Below are positions 30,722-41,072 of a DNA stretch of 64,000 bases, piece by piece (within the stretch, counting starts at the first letter, position 1; every line of letters begins with the position of its first letter). The notes under the pieces are model-generated. The model saw only the letters and a program-made list of their open reading frames with translations. It searched no databases and was not told where the DNA came from. The translations under genes were made by a program, and so were the position numbers. The DNA comes from a bacterium (GTDB taxonomy: Bacteria; UBA8248), in NCBI GenBank assembly GCA_965221165.1, contig CBDCRP010000003.1:1248001-1312000 (forward strand), written 5' to 3'.

Positions 30722-32551
30722 CTACACGAACAAGAGCCCGTACCGATACCGCCTGTCGATTCCCCAGGCCATGCACAGGGAAAACCCGACCAGGAGCGCG
30801 AGCCCGCCCGCCTGTTCCCAGGTGCCTACCAGCAGCGCACCGAGGAGGAACATCAAGGCGAAAACGAATACGCTCAGAGCCAGCCAGAGGCCCGCGAGGG
30901 CGAATACGGGTGCCGAGCGCGCATCCGGCCCGCGCACCCGCCCCCATGCGCCCGGGGGCCGCACCTTTTTCCAGAAATTCTTCAGGACCTCCACCTTCAC
31001 GGGCCTCGTGATGAAAGTAGCGACCATCATCACCACGAAGCCGACGCCCACTTCCGCAGCCAGCAATACGGGAAACGAGGGAGGCTTATCGCCCAGATGG
31101 AGATAAACGGCCGTGGCGCCTGCGGCCAGCATCCCCGATATCTCCGTCCAGGCGTTCGTCCGCCACCACAGCCAGCGCAGAATCACCGGAAGGCCGAGGC
31201 CGGCCCCCAGAGAGATGTTGAACTTCCACGCCCACTCCAAACTGCTTATCTGCGCCGCCACGGCGAACGCGCAGAGCGACATGGCCAGAACGCCCAGGCG
31301 GCCGACCAGGACGACTTCGCGCGCTCCCGCTTTTTTCCGGACGAAGCGCGCATACACGTCGTTCACCAGATAGCTCATCCCCCAGTTCAAATGGGTATCC
31401 ACCGTGCTCATGAACGCGCCCAGAAGACCCATCATCACCAGACCGAGAACCCCCGCCGGCAGGAGGTGACTCATGAGCAGGGGATACGCCGCCTCCCTGT
31501 CGGCCAGAATCTTGGCCTCCATCGTGCCGGGCAGGGCGTCCATGCCCTTGGGCACCAGAATCAGGCTCACCAGGCCGATGAGTATCCAGGGCCAGGGCCT
31601 CAGGACGTAGTTTCCCACCGTGAAGAGAAAAGCGCCCGCCTGGGCGTCTTTGGGCGTTCGCGCCGAGCACAGCCTCTGGCCGATGTAGCCACCGCCGTCG
31701 GCGTTGTTGTGCGCCCACCAGACAACGAACAGGTATATGAGGATAACCTGCGCCCCCGCCCATCCCGCGCCCTCGGGCGGGAAGAAGGAGAGGATGTCCG
31801 CAGCGCCCTCGGCTCCGTATATTTCTCCTAATTTCGCGCTCATGCCCGACAGTCCGCCCACGGCCTCCACGGCGTACCAGGCGAACAGGCAACTGCCCGC
31901 CATCGCGATGACGAACTGGAAGAGATCGGTGAGCATGACGCCGCGAATGCCGCCCGCGCTCGAATAAACCGCTATCATCAAGACGAGAAGAGCGACCGTT
32001 ACGCTCTCGTTCACGCTCCCCATCGTAAGGGCGGCGGGCCAGCTATTCTCGATGAGTGTCCACAAATCGGCCGGCAGAATCTCCTCCCACCGGAGGAAAG
32101 GCTCGGCAATCTTCGCCATGGCGCGGAACACCCAGCCCAAAACGATCAGGTTCACGATGAGCGAGGAATAGACGGCCTTGAAACCCCGGAGAAAGGCGCC
32201 GGGGCCGCTTCCGTATCTGAGTTCCAGGAGTTCGGCGTCCGTCAGAACGCCCGCGCGCCGCCACAGGGGAGAGAAGAAGACCGCGACGCCCACGTTCCCG
32301 ATGACCCACGCCCACCAGAACCAGTTTCCCGAGATGCCGCGCTTGGCGACGATGCCGGCCACGACGAGGGGGGTGTCGGAGGCGAACGTGGTCGCCACCA
32401 TCGATGTGCCTATCCACCACCAGGGCAGGCTGCGCCCGGCCACGAAATAAGAAGCCAGGCTTTTGGACGCCGAACGGGATGTCAGCACGCCTACGAGCAG
32501 AGCGAACGCGATGTAACCGAGGATGAGCGACCAGTCCAGAGTCGAGAGCAT
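30722..32551 (-). CDS. Sodium:solute symporter (SSS) family protein
   Basis: YFVAGRSLPWW, SMVATTFASDTP, GVMLTDLFQF, QRLCSAR, AFMSTVDTHLNWG; about 13-14 TM helices. Confidence 0.92.
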   Translation of the reverse strand: MLSTLDWSLILGYIAFALLVGVLTSRSASKSLASYFVAGRSLPWWWIGTSMVATTFASDTPLVVAGIVAKRGISGNWFWWAWVIGNVGVAVFFSPLWRRAGVLTDAELLELRYGSGPGAFLRGFKAVYSSLIVNLIVLGWVFRAMAKIAEPFLRWEEILPADLWTLIENSWPAALTMGSVNESVTVALLVLMIAVYSSAGGIRGVMLTDLFQFVIAMAGSCLFAWYAVEAVGGLSGMSAKLGEIYGAEGAADILSFFPPEGAGWAGAQVILIYLFVVWWAHNNADGGGYIGQRLCSARTPKDAQAGAFLFTVGNYVLRPWPWILIGLVSLILVPKGMDALPGTMEAKILADREAAYPLLMSHLLPAGVLGLVMMGLLGAFMSTVDTHLNWGMSYLVNDVYARFVRKKAGAREVVLVGRLGVLAMSLCAFAVAAQISSLEWAWKFNISLGAGLGLPVILRWLWWRTNAWTEISGMLAAGATAVYLHLGDKPPSFPVLLAAEVGVGFVVMMVATFITRPVKVEVLKNFWKKVRPPGAWGRVRGPDARSAPVFALAGLWLALSVFVFALMFLLGALLVGTWEQAGGLALLVGFSLCMAWGIDRRYRYGLLFV

Positions 32552-32699
32552 GGCGCTTGTCTCTAAGAACGGGCGGGCTTCACATACACCCTACACGGAT
32601 AAGAAGATGCGATCATCCGCCCGCGCGCCTTGAGACGTAAAAACGTCCCGCACGAGTGCGGGGCGCTTCAAGTGCCGAGAACACGCCTGGCGCGTTCGT

Positions 32700-34946
32700 C
32701 TAATCCTGGCTTCCGTTCGTTCCCAGGCGGCCGAGCACCTCCATGACGTGATCCGGCGTGATGGGTATGCGCGTGATGCGCGCGCCGATCGCCTGGCCGG
32801 CCGCGCAGGCCACCGCGGCGGCTCCCGCCGTGCAGGGGGGCTCTCCGATGCCCTTCGCCCCGTAGGGACCCAGGCCCTCGCCCGATTCGAGGATGACGTT
32901 ATCCCACTCGGGCGTATCCACCGAGGTGGGGATGAGGTATCCGTGAAACTCGTTGTTCAGGAGCGCGCCCTTTTGCGTGAGCACCTCCTCGGCGAGAGCG
33001 TGGCCCACACCCATCATCGTGCCGCCCTCTAACTGGCCTTCCACGTGCTGCACGTTGATGGACTGGCCGACGTCGTGGCCCGACCAGTAGTTGAGCACGC
33101 GAAGCTCGCCCGTATCGACGTTCACCTCGACTTCGGCCGCGTGAACCCCGAACACGTAATCCATCCAGCCGCCCGCGTCGCCGTACTGCTCGTTGCCCTC
33201 GAAATCGTGGACGCCGATTTTCGTCTTGCCCACGGTGTGGAGGTCGACCCCCATCTTCTTGCACTGGGCCGCTGCCTCGGCGAAGGCGACCCCGCGCTCC
33301 TCGGCGGCCTTGACGTAAACCTGCCCGCCTCGAATATCCAGATCCTCAGGATCCGCTTCGAGCAACTCGGCGGCGCCCTTGAGGATCCTCTCCCTGAGTT
33401 CCGCCGACGCGCGGTAGCAGGAGCCGCCCGAGATCATCGTCTGGCGGCTGCCCGCCGTCACCCCCACGAGCGGGGTGACGTGGGAATCCGACATCGTGAC
33501 CGTCACGTCTTCCAGAGCGATCCCCAGGGCCTCGGCGGCTATCTGGCGGTTCGTCTGGGTCTGGCCGGCTCCTACGTCCGAAGCGCCCGTGCGCACGTTC
33601 ACGCTGCCGTCCTCATCTATCGCCACGTAAACCTCGCCCTCGTTCCTGGGCCTGCCGTATCCGCCGATGTTCGCGACGACCCCGACCCCCACGCGCCACG
33701 CGCCGTGGTCCTTCTCGGGAACGCGGCCCGCCGAGCGGCCGATGAGCCTTTTGGTTTCCTCCGCCAGTTCGGGCAGCATCACGCGGGAGGGCACGGGCTG
33801 GTTCTGCATGAGCGTCTCGCCCTTGGTGATGAAATTCTTCTCGCGAAACTCCAGGGGGTTCATCCCCAGGCGCGCCGCGAGCTCATCCATCTGCGCCTCG
33901 TAGGCGAAACACACCTGGTTCGCGCCCACGCCGCGCATCGACTCGGTGAAGGGGTTGTTCGTCCTGACCGCCCTTGCGCGGCCCCGAGCGTTTGGAATCT
34001 CGTAAGGCCCGCCGCTCACCACGAGCGCGCCCAGGAGCAGGCCCTTGCTGTTGGCCGTATAACCGCCCGCATCGCCGATGATGTCCACCTCGATAGCGGT
34101 GAGCTTTCCGTCTTTCGTGGCGCCCGTCTTGTACTTCATGAGGAAGGGGTGTTTCTTGCTGCCGGTGTTCATGGTTTCTTCGCGCGAATAGGCCATGCGC
34201 ACGGGCCGTCCCGTCCTGATGGACAAAAGCGCCATGAAGGCGCCCAGCTGCGGGTGTTCCTTTCCGCCGAAGGCGCCGCCCAGCATCGGGCACTCGTAGC
34301 GAACGCGGCTGAGCGGCAAGTCCAGCGTTCTCGCCACGTTCTGGTAGTTCTCTATCATCTGGGTGGGCACGCGGATGTTCACCACACCGCGCTCATCCAC
34401 CCAGGCCACGCCGCCTTCGGGCTCGATGAATGCGTGATCCAGACAAGCGGAAAAATAGGTATTCTCGACGACCACGTCCGCCGCCTCGAAGCCGGCTTCT
34501 AAGTCTCCCTTGTCCGTCTTCCAGTCGCAGACCACCTCGCCCTCCTCGAGGCCGGCGAAGTCGTATGCCCCGGGCATCGGCTCGTAGGCGACACGGACGA
34601 GCGAGGCCGCCTCATCCGCCAAGTCCCTGGTGTCCGCGGCCACGAGCGCCACCGCGTCGCCGATATCCATGACGACGTCCGCCGCCAGTACCGGGAAGTC
34701 GGGATAGCGCCCGGCGTTTAGTCCGGGAATGTCCTCCGCGGTCAAGACACAATGCACGCCCGGAAGCGCGAGCGCCTCGCTCGCGTCTATCTTCTTGATC
34801 TTCGCCGGCGTCATCGAAGCGCGGACGACTTTTCCGTATATCTCGCCCGGCAAGTGGAAATCATCGCCGTAAACGGTATCACCGACCGCTTTCGCCAAAG
34901 CGTCGTCTTTCGTCGGCGACGTGCCGACATGCGTCATCTGAGCCAT
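32700..34946 (-). CDS. Xanthine dehydrogenase-family molybdopterin-binding subunit
   Basis: HAFIEPE, LGGAFGGK, MRGVG, DVGAGQ, AGSRQT, EGQLEGG, GAKGIGEPP. Confidence 0.92.
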   Translation of the reverse strand: MAQMTHVGTSPTKDDALAKAVGDTVYGDDFHLPGEIYGKVVRASMTPAKIKKIDASEALALPGVHCVLTAEDIPGLNAGRYPDFPVLAADVVMDIGDAVALVAADTRDLADEAASLVRVAYEPMPGAYDFAGLEEGEVVCDWKTDKGDLEAGFEAADVVVENTYFSACLDHAFIEPEGGVAWVDERGVVNIRVPTQMIENYQNVARTLDLPLSRVRYECPMLGGAFGGKEHPQLGAFMALLSIRTGRPVRMAYSREETMNTGSKKHPFLMKYKTGATKDGKLTAIEVDIIGDAGGYTANSKGLLLGALVVSGGPYEIPNARGRARAVRTNNPFTESMRGVGANQVCFAYEAQMDELAARLGMNPLEFREKNFITKGETLMQNQPVPSRVMLPELAEETKRLIGRSAGRVPEKDHGAWRVGVGVVANIGGYGRPRNEGEVYVAIDEDGSVNVRTGASDVGAGQTQTNRQIAAEALGIALEDVTVTMSDSHVTPLVGVTAGSRQTMISGGSCYRASAELRERILKGAAELLEADPEDLDIRGGQVYVKAAEERGVAFAEAAAQCKKMGVDLHTVGKTKIGVHDFEGNEQYGDAGGWMDYVFGVHAAEVEVNVDTGELRVLNYWSGHDVGQSINVQHVEGQLEGGTMMGVGHALAEEVLTQKGALLNNEFHGYLIPTSVDTPEWDNVILESGEGLGPYGAKGIGEPPCTAGAAAVACAAGQAIGARITRIPITPDHVMEVLGRLGTNGSQD

Positions 34947-34973
34947 CTTTTCCTCCAGAATAAGACTCGCAAG

Positions 34974-35972
34974 CTACCCCCGAAGGGATGCAACGTCCAC
35001 CACTTGGCCCGTGGCCGCGCTCTGGACGACCGCCTCGAGCACGGCGACGACTTCGAGACCCTCGGGCCCGCCCGTTTCGGGAGTCGCCTCGCCCCGGATG
35101 CACTTGCAGAATTCATCCATCTCATCCGCCAGGGCGTCTCCGCCCACGACCTCGACTTCCGTCCGGGCCTCCTCGCCCACCTTGCCCACGTAGAGCTTTC
35201 CGCCTTCCTCTTCGCTGTACGCCCTCATCTTCGTACCGAAAGCAGCGGTATCACAAATTTTGGGAATGACGAAGGTGGTGCCGATATAACCGAGCGGGCC
35301 GCTTTCGTATTCGATGATGATGCTCGTGGTGTCGTCGAGGTTCGTTTTGCCCAACACCTTTTTGCTGAACGCGGCCACCTTTTTCGCGGGCCCGGCCAGG
35401 TATTGGAGGTTGTCGATCATGTGGACGCCCAAGCCCGTCATCGCGCCCGCCGGGCATTCCGCCGGGTCGTTGCGCCAGCCCTGCTTGGGTTCGAATCCCG
35501 CAGGAAGCGAGAGGTTGGCTTCCATCTGATGCAACACGCCCAACTCGCCGCCGTCTATCATCTCCCTGATCTTGCGGTTCGCGCCGCATCGACGGCGATG
35601 GTGCCCAACTTGTAAGGTGACGTTCGCGCTGGAAGTCGCCTCGACCGCCTTTTTGGCCTCATCGGCCGTCAGGGTGAGCGGTTTTTCGACGAACACGTGC
35701 TTGCCAGCCGATGCCGCCTCGGAAATCATCCCCAGATGCGTGGAATGAGGCGTCGCGACGATAACGCCCTCCACCTCGGGGTCGTTCAATAGATCGTCCA
35801 GGCTGTCCGCCGTCCGGCAACCGCGTTTTTCAGAAAACGCCTTTCTCGCATCCTCGCTGCGCGCGAAACCCGTAACCACCTCGCCGGAACCACTGCGGTT
35901 CAGGGCATCCACCAAAACACCACCCCACCAGCCAAGCCCGATAGAGGCGAGGCGCACTTTATCCGTAGCCAT
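34974..35972 (-). CDS. Gfo/Idh/MocA family oxidoreductase
   Basis: IGLGWWG, VATPHSTH, GKHVFVEKP, GVHMID; start at MATDK after a GAGGAG RBS. Confidence 0.9.
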   Translation of the reverse strand: MATDKVRLASIGLGWWGGVLVDALNRSGSGEVVTGFARSEDARKAFSEKRGCRTADSLDDLLNDPEVEGVIVATPHSTHLGMISEAASAGKHVFVEKPLTLTADEAKKAVEATSSANVTLQVGHHRRRCGANRKIREMIDGGELGVLHQMEANLSLPAGFEPKQGWRNDPAECPAGAMTGLGVHMIDNLQYLAGPAKKVAAFSKKVLGKTNLDDTTSIIIEYESGPLGYIGTTFVIPKICDTAAFGTKMRAYSEEEGGKLYVGKVGEEARTEVEVVGGDALADEMDEFCKCIRGEATPETGGPEGLEVVAVLEAVVQSAATGQVVDVASLRG

Positions 35973-36114
35973 TTTCGACTCCTCATTTCCTGAATGGGTG
36001 AATTCTCGGCATCCCGTAGAATAGACGCCGCATGATTGCATACGAAATGCACCATAAACCAACATCGTCCGCTTGAAAACCACGCCGGGGGAAATGAGGC
36101 CGAATAAGATCAAG

Positions 36115-36144
36115 AAAAAACCTCCTCCCGTCTCCGGGAGGAGG
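36115..36144 (-). terminator. Rho-independent terminator
   Basis: Minus strand CCTCCTCCCG-GAGA-CGGGAGGAGG-TTTTTT. Confidence 0.75.
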
Positions 36145-36267
36145 CTCTCGCAAGGGGGTAGGATGCGAGATGTATGATTGCATGGCGGAGGAGCGCCGAC
36201 CCGATCAGCAACTCCTCTCGCCCGCCAATCGGGGCGTGCCGCCTATGAACGCCCCGACCAGCGTTGC
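36115..36267 (-). ncRNA. Candidate sigma54-dependent small RNA (~150 nt)
   Basis: Bounded by a -24/-12 promoter and an intrinsic terminator; several hairpins; no credible ORF inside. Confidence 0.55.
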
Positions 36268-36277
36268 CTATATCTAT

Positions 36278-36400
36278 AGCAAGGGCCGTGCCATTCTTGT
36301 TGACAATATAACTCTTTTAATATCAATATGATAGGAAATAATATGGCTGGAGAAATTGCCATTTTGTCACATCATGGCCGGGAAATCCGACAAATCGTCA
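36278..36400 (-). promoter_or_regulatory. Sigma54 (-24/-12) promoter with IHF-like site and paired upstream activator-like sites
   Basis: TGGCACGGCCCTTGCT on the minus strand (36278-36293); TATCAATATGATA (36321-36333); TGCCATTTTGTCA (36357-36369) and CGACAAATCGTCA (36388-36400). Confidence 0.7.
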
Positions 36401-36414
36401 TGGCGAGCCGTTGT

Positions 36415-37047
36415 CTATAAGGGGCGCAATTTCCCGCTTTCACCCCGAACCGGGCGATTTACAGGAAATCCTCCGAGCGCCTCCCGAACGGCGGCTCTCA
36501 TTTCATCCCCCTGAGAGAACGCCGTCGTTGCGCCGGCCCCTGATTTCCACAATTCTTCCTGCGAAACGAGGTCCACCAAACGTATTTCCACCTTCGCGGC
36601 GCACAATTCGATATCGTTGCAGTTGCGGCTGCCTCCGGCGAGGATGAGCGCCTGCGCGCCCGAATCTCTTAGCAGCGGCAGATGGGCTTCGGCGATTCCG
36701 CCTTCCGCGCTCCACAAATCATCCGCTTTTGTGTTTGCGAGTTCTTTCGGCCAGCGAAGAACTTCGTACCCTTTGGCGGTGACGGCGTCGCGTACCAGAA
36801 ACGCGCCTTCCAGGAACTCGATTTTTTTTACTTCGGGCGCCTTTAAGCCCGCTTTCTCGTAAATGTCGCGGAAGAGGCCCGTCCAGTCGTTCGCATACCT
36901 AAAAGGAGCAACGACGATGCGATTGAGCGTTCGTATTTTGCCCGGCCTGGTGACGCTTTGCGTTCGTGAAATTTCATAGGCGCAGCCGCAAGCCACGAGA
37001 AGCAAAAAAACGATCGACAAAACCCGGAGTCGCGCCTTGAAAGCCAT
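36415..37047 (-). CDS. Putative lipoprotein
   Basis: MAFKARLRVLSIVFLLLVACGC lipobox-like; 4 nt downstream of the upstream gene. Confidence 0.65.
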   Translation of the reverse strand: MAFKARLRVLSIVFLLLVACGCAYEISRTQSVTRPGKIRTLNRIVVAPFRYANDWTGLFRDIYEKAGLKAPEVKKIEFLEGAFLVRDAVTAKGYEVLRWPKELANTKADDLWSAEGGIAEAHLPLLRDSGAQALILAGGSRNCNDIELCAAKVEIRLVDLVSQEELWKSGAGATTAFSQGDEMRAAVREALGGFPVNRPVRGESGKLRPL

Positions 37048-37051
37048 ATCC

Positions 37052-37774
37052 TTAAAATTCTCCGCCCCATGCGATTTGCCTGATCCAGCCGAACAGGAAC
37101 GCATACGCATCCCAGCTTTCACCCCAAATGGAGGTGGCGTATGAAACCATCATACCCCATCCTCCCGTCGAGACGAGCGCCGCACCGCCAATGAAAACTA
37201 CTCCGAAGAAAAAGATAAAAACCCAGGAAAAAATCCGCCCGCCGCGCGCGATGTCGGGCTGCGACGCGCTCAGCGCCCTGAAAGTCATGAACACGTGCAG
37301 GCAAAGAGTGAGGCCTGCGAGAAACGCCGTCGCCGGGCGAATCTGCCCGTACCCGAAACCCCAGCCGAGGAGAGCGCCCAGAATCAAAACCACCACCGTC
37401 AACAGGGGAAAAAAATAAGGCGCCAGGGTGATGACGGGGTTCGTGCCGCTCAGGCCCACCTTGCCGCTCCCCCGGTTCACCTCGAAGGAACTCACCTTTT
37501 TGCCCGTGAGCAAGGCGAAGGCCAGATGCGTGAACTCATGAACGAAGGCGTAGAGAAACTCGGGCGGCCGGAGGCGATGCCAGACGGCATATGCCCCGAC
37601 CCCGATGATGAAAGCCCAGCCCTCGGGGGCGGGAGTAAACGAGCCGATGCCCGTTCCCTGCGCGAGAAAAGCGGCCGGGAGGTTCTCTCCGAATGAAAGC
37701 GCCGCCCCCCAGCAGGCGGGCAGCAGGAATATGGCGATAATCCAGGCCAGGAGGCGGTACAAAAACGATTTCAT
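37052..37774 (-). CDS. M50-like membrane zinc metallopeptidase
   Basis: FVHEFTH, ITLAPYFFP, QPD; multiple TM helices; start at MKSFLY. Confidence 0.75.
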   Translation of the reverse strand: MKSFLYRLLAWIIAIFLLPACWGAALSFGENLPAAFLAQGTGIGSFTPAPEGWAFIIGVGAYAVWHRLRPPEFLYAFVHEFTHLAFALLTGKKVSSFEVNRGSGKVGLSGTNPVITLAPYFFPLLTVVVLILGALLGWGFGYGQIRPATAFLAGLTLCLHVFMTFRALSASQPDIARGGRIFSWVFIFFFGVVFIGGAALVSTGGWGMMVSYATSIWGESWDAYAFLFGWIRQIAWGGEF

Positions 37775-37964
37775 GAACTTACCCGTCTCGGGTCCTCGGG
37801 CGGCGAGGCGAACACCACGCAAGCATGGCCCATATCCGCCTCCCCCACAAGGCCGGCGATCATACATCCAGGTCCGATGAAACCTTGACGGCGGGAGGGA
37901 AGAGGAATATGGCTGGATTGCACAAGAAATTCATTTCACGGCTTACTAAAAACAGGAGCTTTCC

Positions 37965-38485
37965 ATGAACGGCGCAAAATAATTTTCGACATGCCGGGGA
38001 TGAGCGATGGACTCGTCCGGCGGGCGCTCGAGGGTCTGGAAGATGCGGACCTCATGAAGCGGCCGAGCGATCAGGAGAACACCATCGCCTGGCTGATTCG
38101 GCACAAGACGAGAGTCGAGGACATCGCCGTCGCGGACGCCTCGGGAAGCGAGCAGCTCTGGATTTCAGAAAAGTGGCACGAGAAATTCGATATGGAGCCG
38201 AACCCGAAACAAATGGGTTTCGGGGATTCGCTCGAGGCGGTGATGCGCCTCGAATGCACGAAAGAAACCCTCCTCGGCTACGCCGACGCCGTTCGGGCCA
38301 AAACGTCTTCCGTCCTCGAAACACTCTCTTCAGAGGACCTCGACAAGGAAATCTCCGCCACGATGGGCCAGACCATCAAAATCGGGGACTACCTCGGAAG
38401 AGTGGCCGCCGACAACATCCAGCACGGCGGGCAGATTTGCTACCTCCGGGGATTTATTACCGGATTCGGCTGGCTGCCGTTTTAG
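37965..38485 (+). CDS. DinB-family protein (likely true start 37965 with a 1-nt deletion in an A-run)
   Basis: NTIAWLIRH...ED, QHGGQICYLRG. CAGGAG RBS precedes ATG 37965; adding one A gives MNGAKIIFDMPG in frame with ORF 37991..38485. Confidence 0.75.
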
Positions 38486-38520
38486 GATCAAACCCGACCG
38501 AGGAGGGGGCTGCGATTTCT

Positions 38521-38591
38521 GTAGGGGCCGCATACATGCGGCCCTTGTAGTCGGTGCGAAAAATTCAGGGTCGCATATATGCGACCCCTAC
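38521..38591. repeat. Inverted GTAG-type REP pair
   Basis: GTAGGGGCCGCATACATGCGGCCC ... GGGTCGCATATATGCGACCCCTAC. Confidence 0.8.
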
Positions 38592-38706
38592 ACGCAAATA
38601 CATTTTCCCTCATCAGTCGGGATTGACTCCCGCCCTTACTTCCGGGAAGAGTGTCCGGAGCCTCACGCGCTACCTCGATGAAACATCGAACAAGGAGAAT
38701 TAAGAA

Positions 38707-39150
38707 ATGCCCGAAGCGAAAATGACCCTGCTCATCAAACGAACCTTCAAGGTCCCGAGAGAGAAAATCTTCGCCGCGTGGACGCAAGCGGACGCGCTCA
38801 AGCGATGGTGGGGGACGGAGGGGCACACGGTCCCCCGCGTGGAGATGGACTTGAAACCAGGCGGAAAATACCGCGTCGAGATGCAACCGGCGGGGGAGGG
38901 GTCGTTTTACCTAAACGGCGCGTTCGTCGAAATAAGGCCTCCCGAGCGCCTCGCCTTCACCTTCCGCTGGGAGCGCGGGGAGTGGAATTATCCCAAAACC
39001 CTGGTGCGCGCGGAATTTACTGAGATAGGAGATGAAACCGAAATCGCCCTCACCCACGAGGGATTTCCGGATGAGAACATGCGCGATGAACACGCAGATG
39101 GCTGGGGCGAGTGCCTCGATAATCTGCGCGGGTATCTGGGAGGCGGATAA
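38707..39150 (+). CDS. SRPBCC/AHSA1-domain protein
   Basis: RTFKVPREKIFAAWT, DLKPGGKYR, PPERLAFTFRWE, HADGWGECLDNL. Confidence 0.9.
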   Translation: MPEAKMTLLIKRTFKVPREKIFAAWTQADALKRWWGTEGHTVPRVEMDLKPGGKYRVEMQPAGEGSFYLNGAFVEIRPPERLAFTFRWERGEWNYPKTLVRAEFTEIGDETEIALTHEGFPDENMRDEHADGWGECLDNLRGYLGGG

Positions 39151-39777
39151 GAGCAGCCTCGAAGACGGGAAGGGCTGCCGATAGCGGGGCAATTGACAAG
39201 TCGGTTACGATCTTCGCGTTGCCGGCTTGGAATGATGATGTCCGCTGGTGTGGTTATATGAAACCCAAATAATCGGACAAGTTCCGGTATGTCGAGACGA
39301 GCCGCACCGAATTAGAAAAATACACCGCCGCCGTATCGAATCGATAACGGCGTCAACACCCCGCCCGATCATCTGGAGTCCATTGTCTTACCGCGAAATC
39401 TCATGCCGAATAGTGCGCCGAACCGCCGCCCCGACGGCCGAAAACAACCCCTCGAAACGCACGGATTTCCGCCTGAAAAAAGACCCTTGCAACGCCCGGA
39501 AAACGGCGTTTGACAGGCCATCGCAAGCCTTTTTCCGCAAAATTCGCAATGATTCATGTCCGTGCGCAGGCTCGGCAAGAGAATTTTGACCTCTAATGGC
39601 ATTTGATGTTAGGGTGTTTCCATTCAAGCTACAAATGAAAGTAGTGGTTGTCGTGGATTCCTGTGACGTGCTTCTTTTGCACTCATTCGATTCCGGTACA
39701 CCTAATCCATAGGATGTGCCCGGAATCCTCATAGGTTCGCTGCTCAAAGCAGACGGACCGGGAGAGGAGGAAAAAGC

Positions 39778-41061
39778 ATGAAACGCTTTCTCATGACGCA
39801 TCTTTTGGTCGGTTTGCTGACGGCGCTTCTCTTGAGCCCGGCTTTCGCCCAGCAAAGGATCACCTGGTGGGAACACAGCAACCCGCCGCACAACAACTAC
39901 TCAAAGAAGCTGGTGGCGGAATGGAACAAGATGCATCCCAAAAATCCCTTGCAGTATGATTTTTTCGCGATGACCCCCTACTTCCAGAAACTCACGGCCG
40001 CGCTTTCCACCCGATCGGCGGCCGACATGTTCACGGTCATCGACACCCTTCTGCCCGGCTTCACCACGAAAAAAGTCCTCTCGCCCATTCATCCCGAGTG
40101 GCTCGGCTACAAGGACCTCGAGGACATGAAGAAGGCCTACCTGCCGGGGGCGCTGGACGGCTACATCCATGAAGGAAAGCTCTACGCCGTCCCTCCCATC
40201 TCTTCCGTCTTCAGCCTCTACCTCAACAAGAACCACTTCCGGGAGGCGGGCCTGGACCCGGACAAGGATTATCCGCGCACCTGGAAAGACGTTGCCCGCA
40301 TCGGGAAGAAGCTGGTGAAAATGAAGGGCACCAGGATGGTGCGCGAGGGCTTCGATTTCGCCATGCATTCCTCCACCTGGACGATGTGGTACTTCAACAC
40401 GACCGTCCGGCAATACGGGGGAGAAGTCCTCGACGCCTCCGGGAAAAAGTGCACGGCCAACAGTGAGGCGGGCGTCAAGGCCATGAATGTCCGGGCCATG
40501 ATTGCGCACGAATACAAGGCTTCGGACCCCACCGTAAGCCTGGGCACCAACGCCCTCCCGGCGGACGATTTGCCGAAGGGGCGCGTCTCCATGTTCATCA
40601 CCCACGCGGGGAGTGTGGCGCAATTCGGCCCCAAGGTGATGGCGTACACGAAGGTGGTGCCATTCCCGCAGGTGGATCCCAAAAAGCCCGTGACGCCGAT
40701 TTACGGCTTCGCCCTCGCGGTGAATCCCCATATTTCCGAGGCGAAGCAGCGGCTGGTGCACGACGTGATAAAGCACGTCATCAAAGACCCCAAGACGTGG
40801 TATGAGAGTACGGCCTATCCCTATCCCTACAAGAATTTTCTTGAACTTCCCGGGATGGAAAAGGCGCGCAAGACACGCTACCTGGACGTGTTCGTAAATG
40901 ACATCTCGAACGGACGCTATGTCCAGCGCTCCGCCAAGATCATCGAGATCAACCAGGCCATTCACCGGGCAATGGAGCGCGTGGTCTTGAGGAATGAGGA
41001 CTCCAAGAAGTCGCTCGACAGGGCGTGTAAGGAAATCGACGCGGCGCTGGCCAAGAAGTAG
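39778..41061 (+). CDS. Carbohydrate ABC transporter substrate-binding protein
   Basis: Signal peptide; GKLYAVP, LYLNKNHFREAGLDP, PRTW; first gene of a CUT1 operon. Confidence 0.88.
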   Translation: MKRFLMTHLLVGLLTALLLSPAFAQQRITWWEHSNPPHNNYSKKLVAEWNKMHPKNPLQYDFFAMTPYFQKLTAALSTRSAADMFTVIDTLLPGFTTKKVLSPIHPEWLGYKDLEDMKKAYLPGALDGYIHEGKLYAVPPISSVFSLYLNKNHFREAGLDPDKDYPRTWKDVARIGKKLVKMKGTRMVREGFDFAMHSSTWTMWYFNTTVRQYGGEVLDASGKKCTANSEAGVKAMNVRAMIAHEYKASDPTVSLGTNALPADDLPKGRVSMFITHAGSVAQFGPKVMAYTKVVPFPQVDPKKPVTPIYGFALAVNPHISEAKQRLVHDVIKHVIKDPKTWYESTAYPYPYKNFLELPGMEKARKTRYLDVFVNDISNGRYVQRSAKIIEINQAIHRAMERVVLRNEDSKKSLDRACKEIDAALAKK

Positions 41062-41072
41062 ACGGAGAATCG

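Noticed and set aside
35983-36183. 66-aa ORF in the candidate sRNA region
   Set aside because: Runs through a strong intrinsic terminator and has no recognisable features.
39590-39777. Riboswitch in the ABC operon leader
   Set aside because: One hairpin (GATTCCGG...CCGGAATC) but no recognisable aptamer consensus or expression platform.
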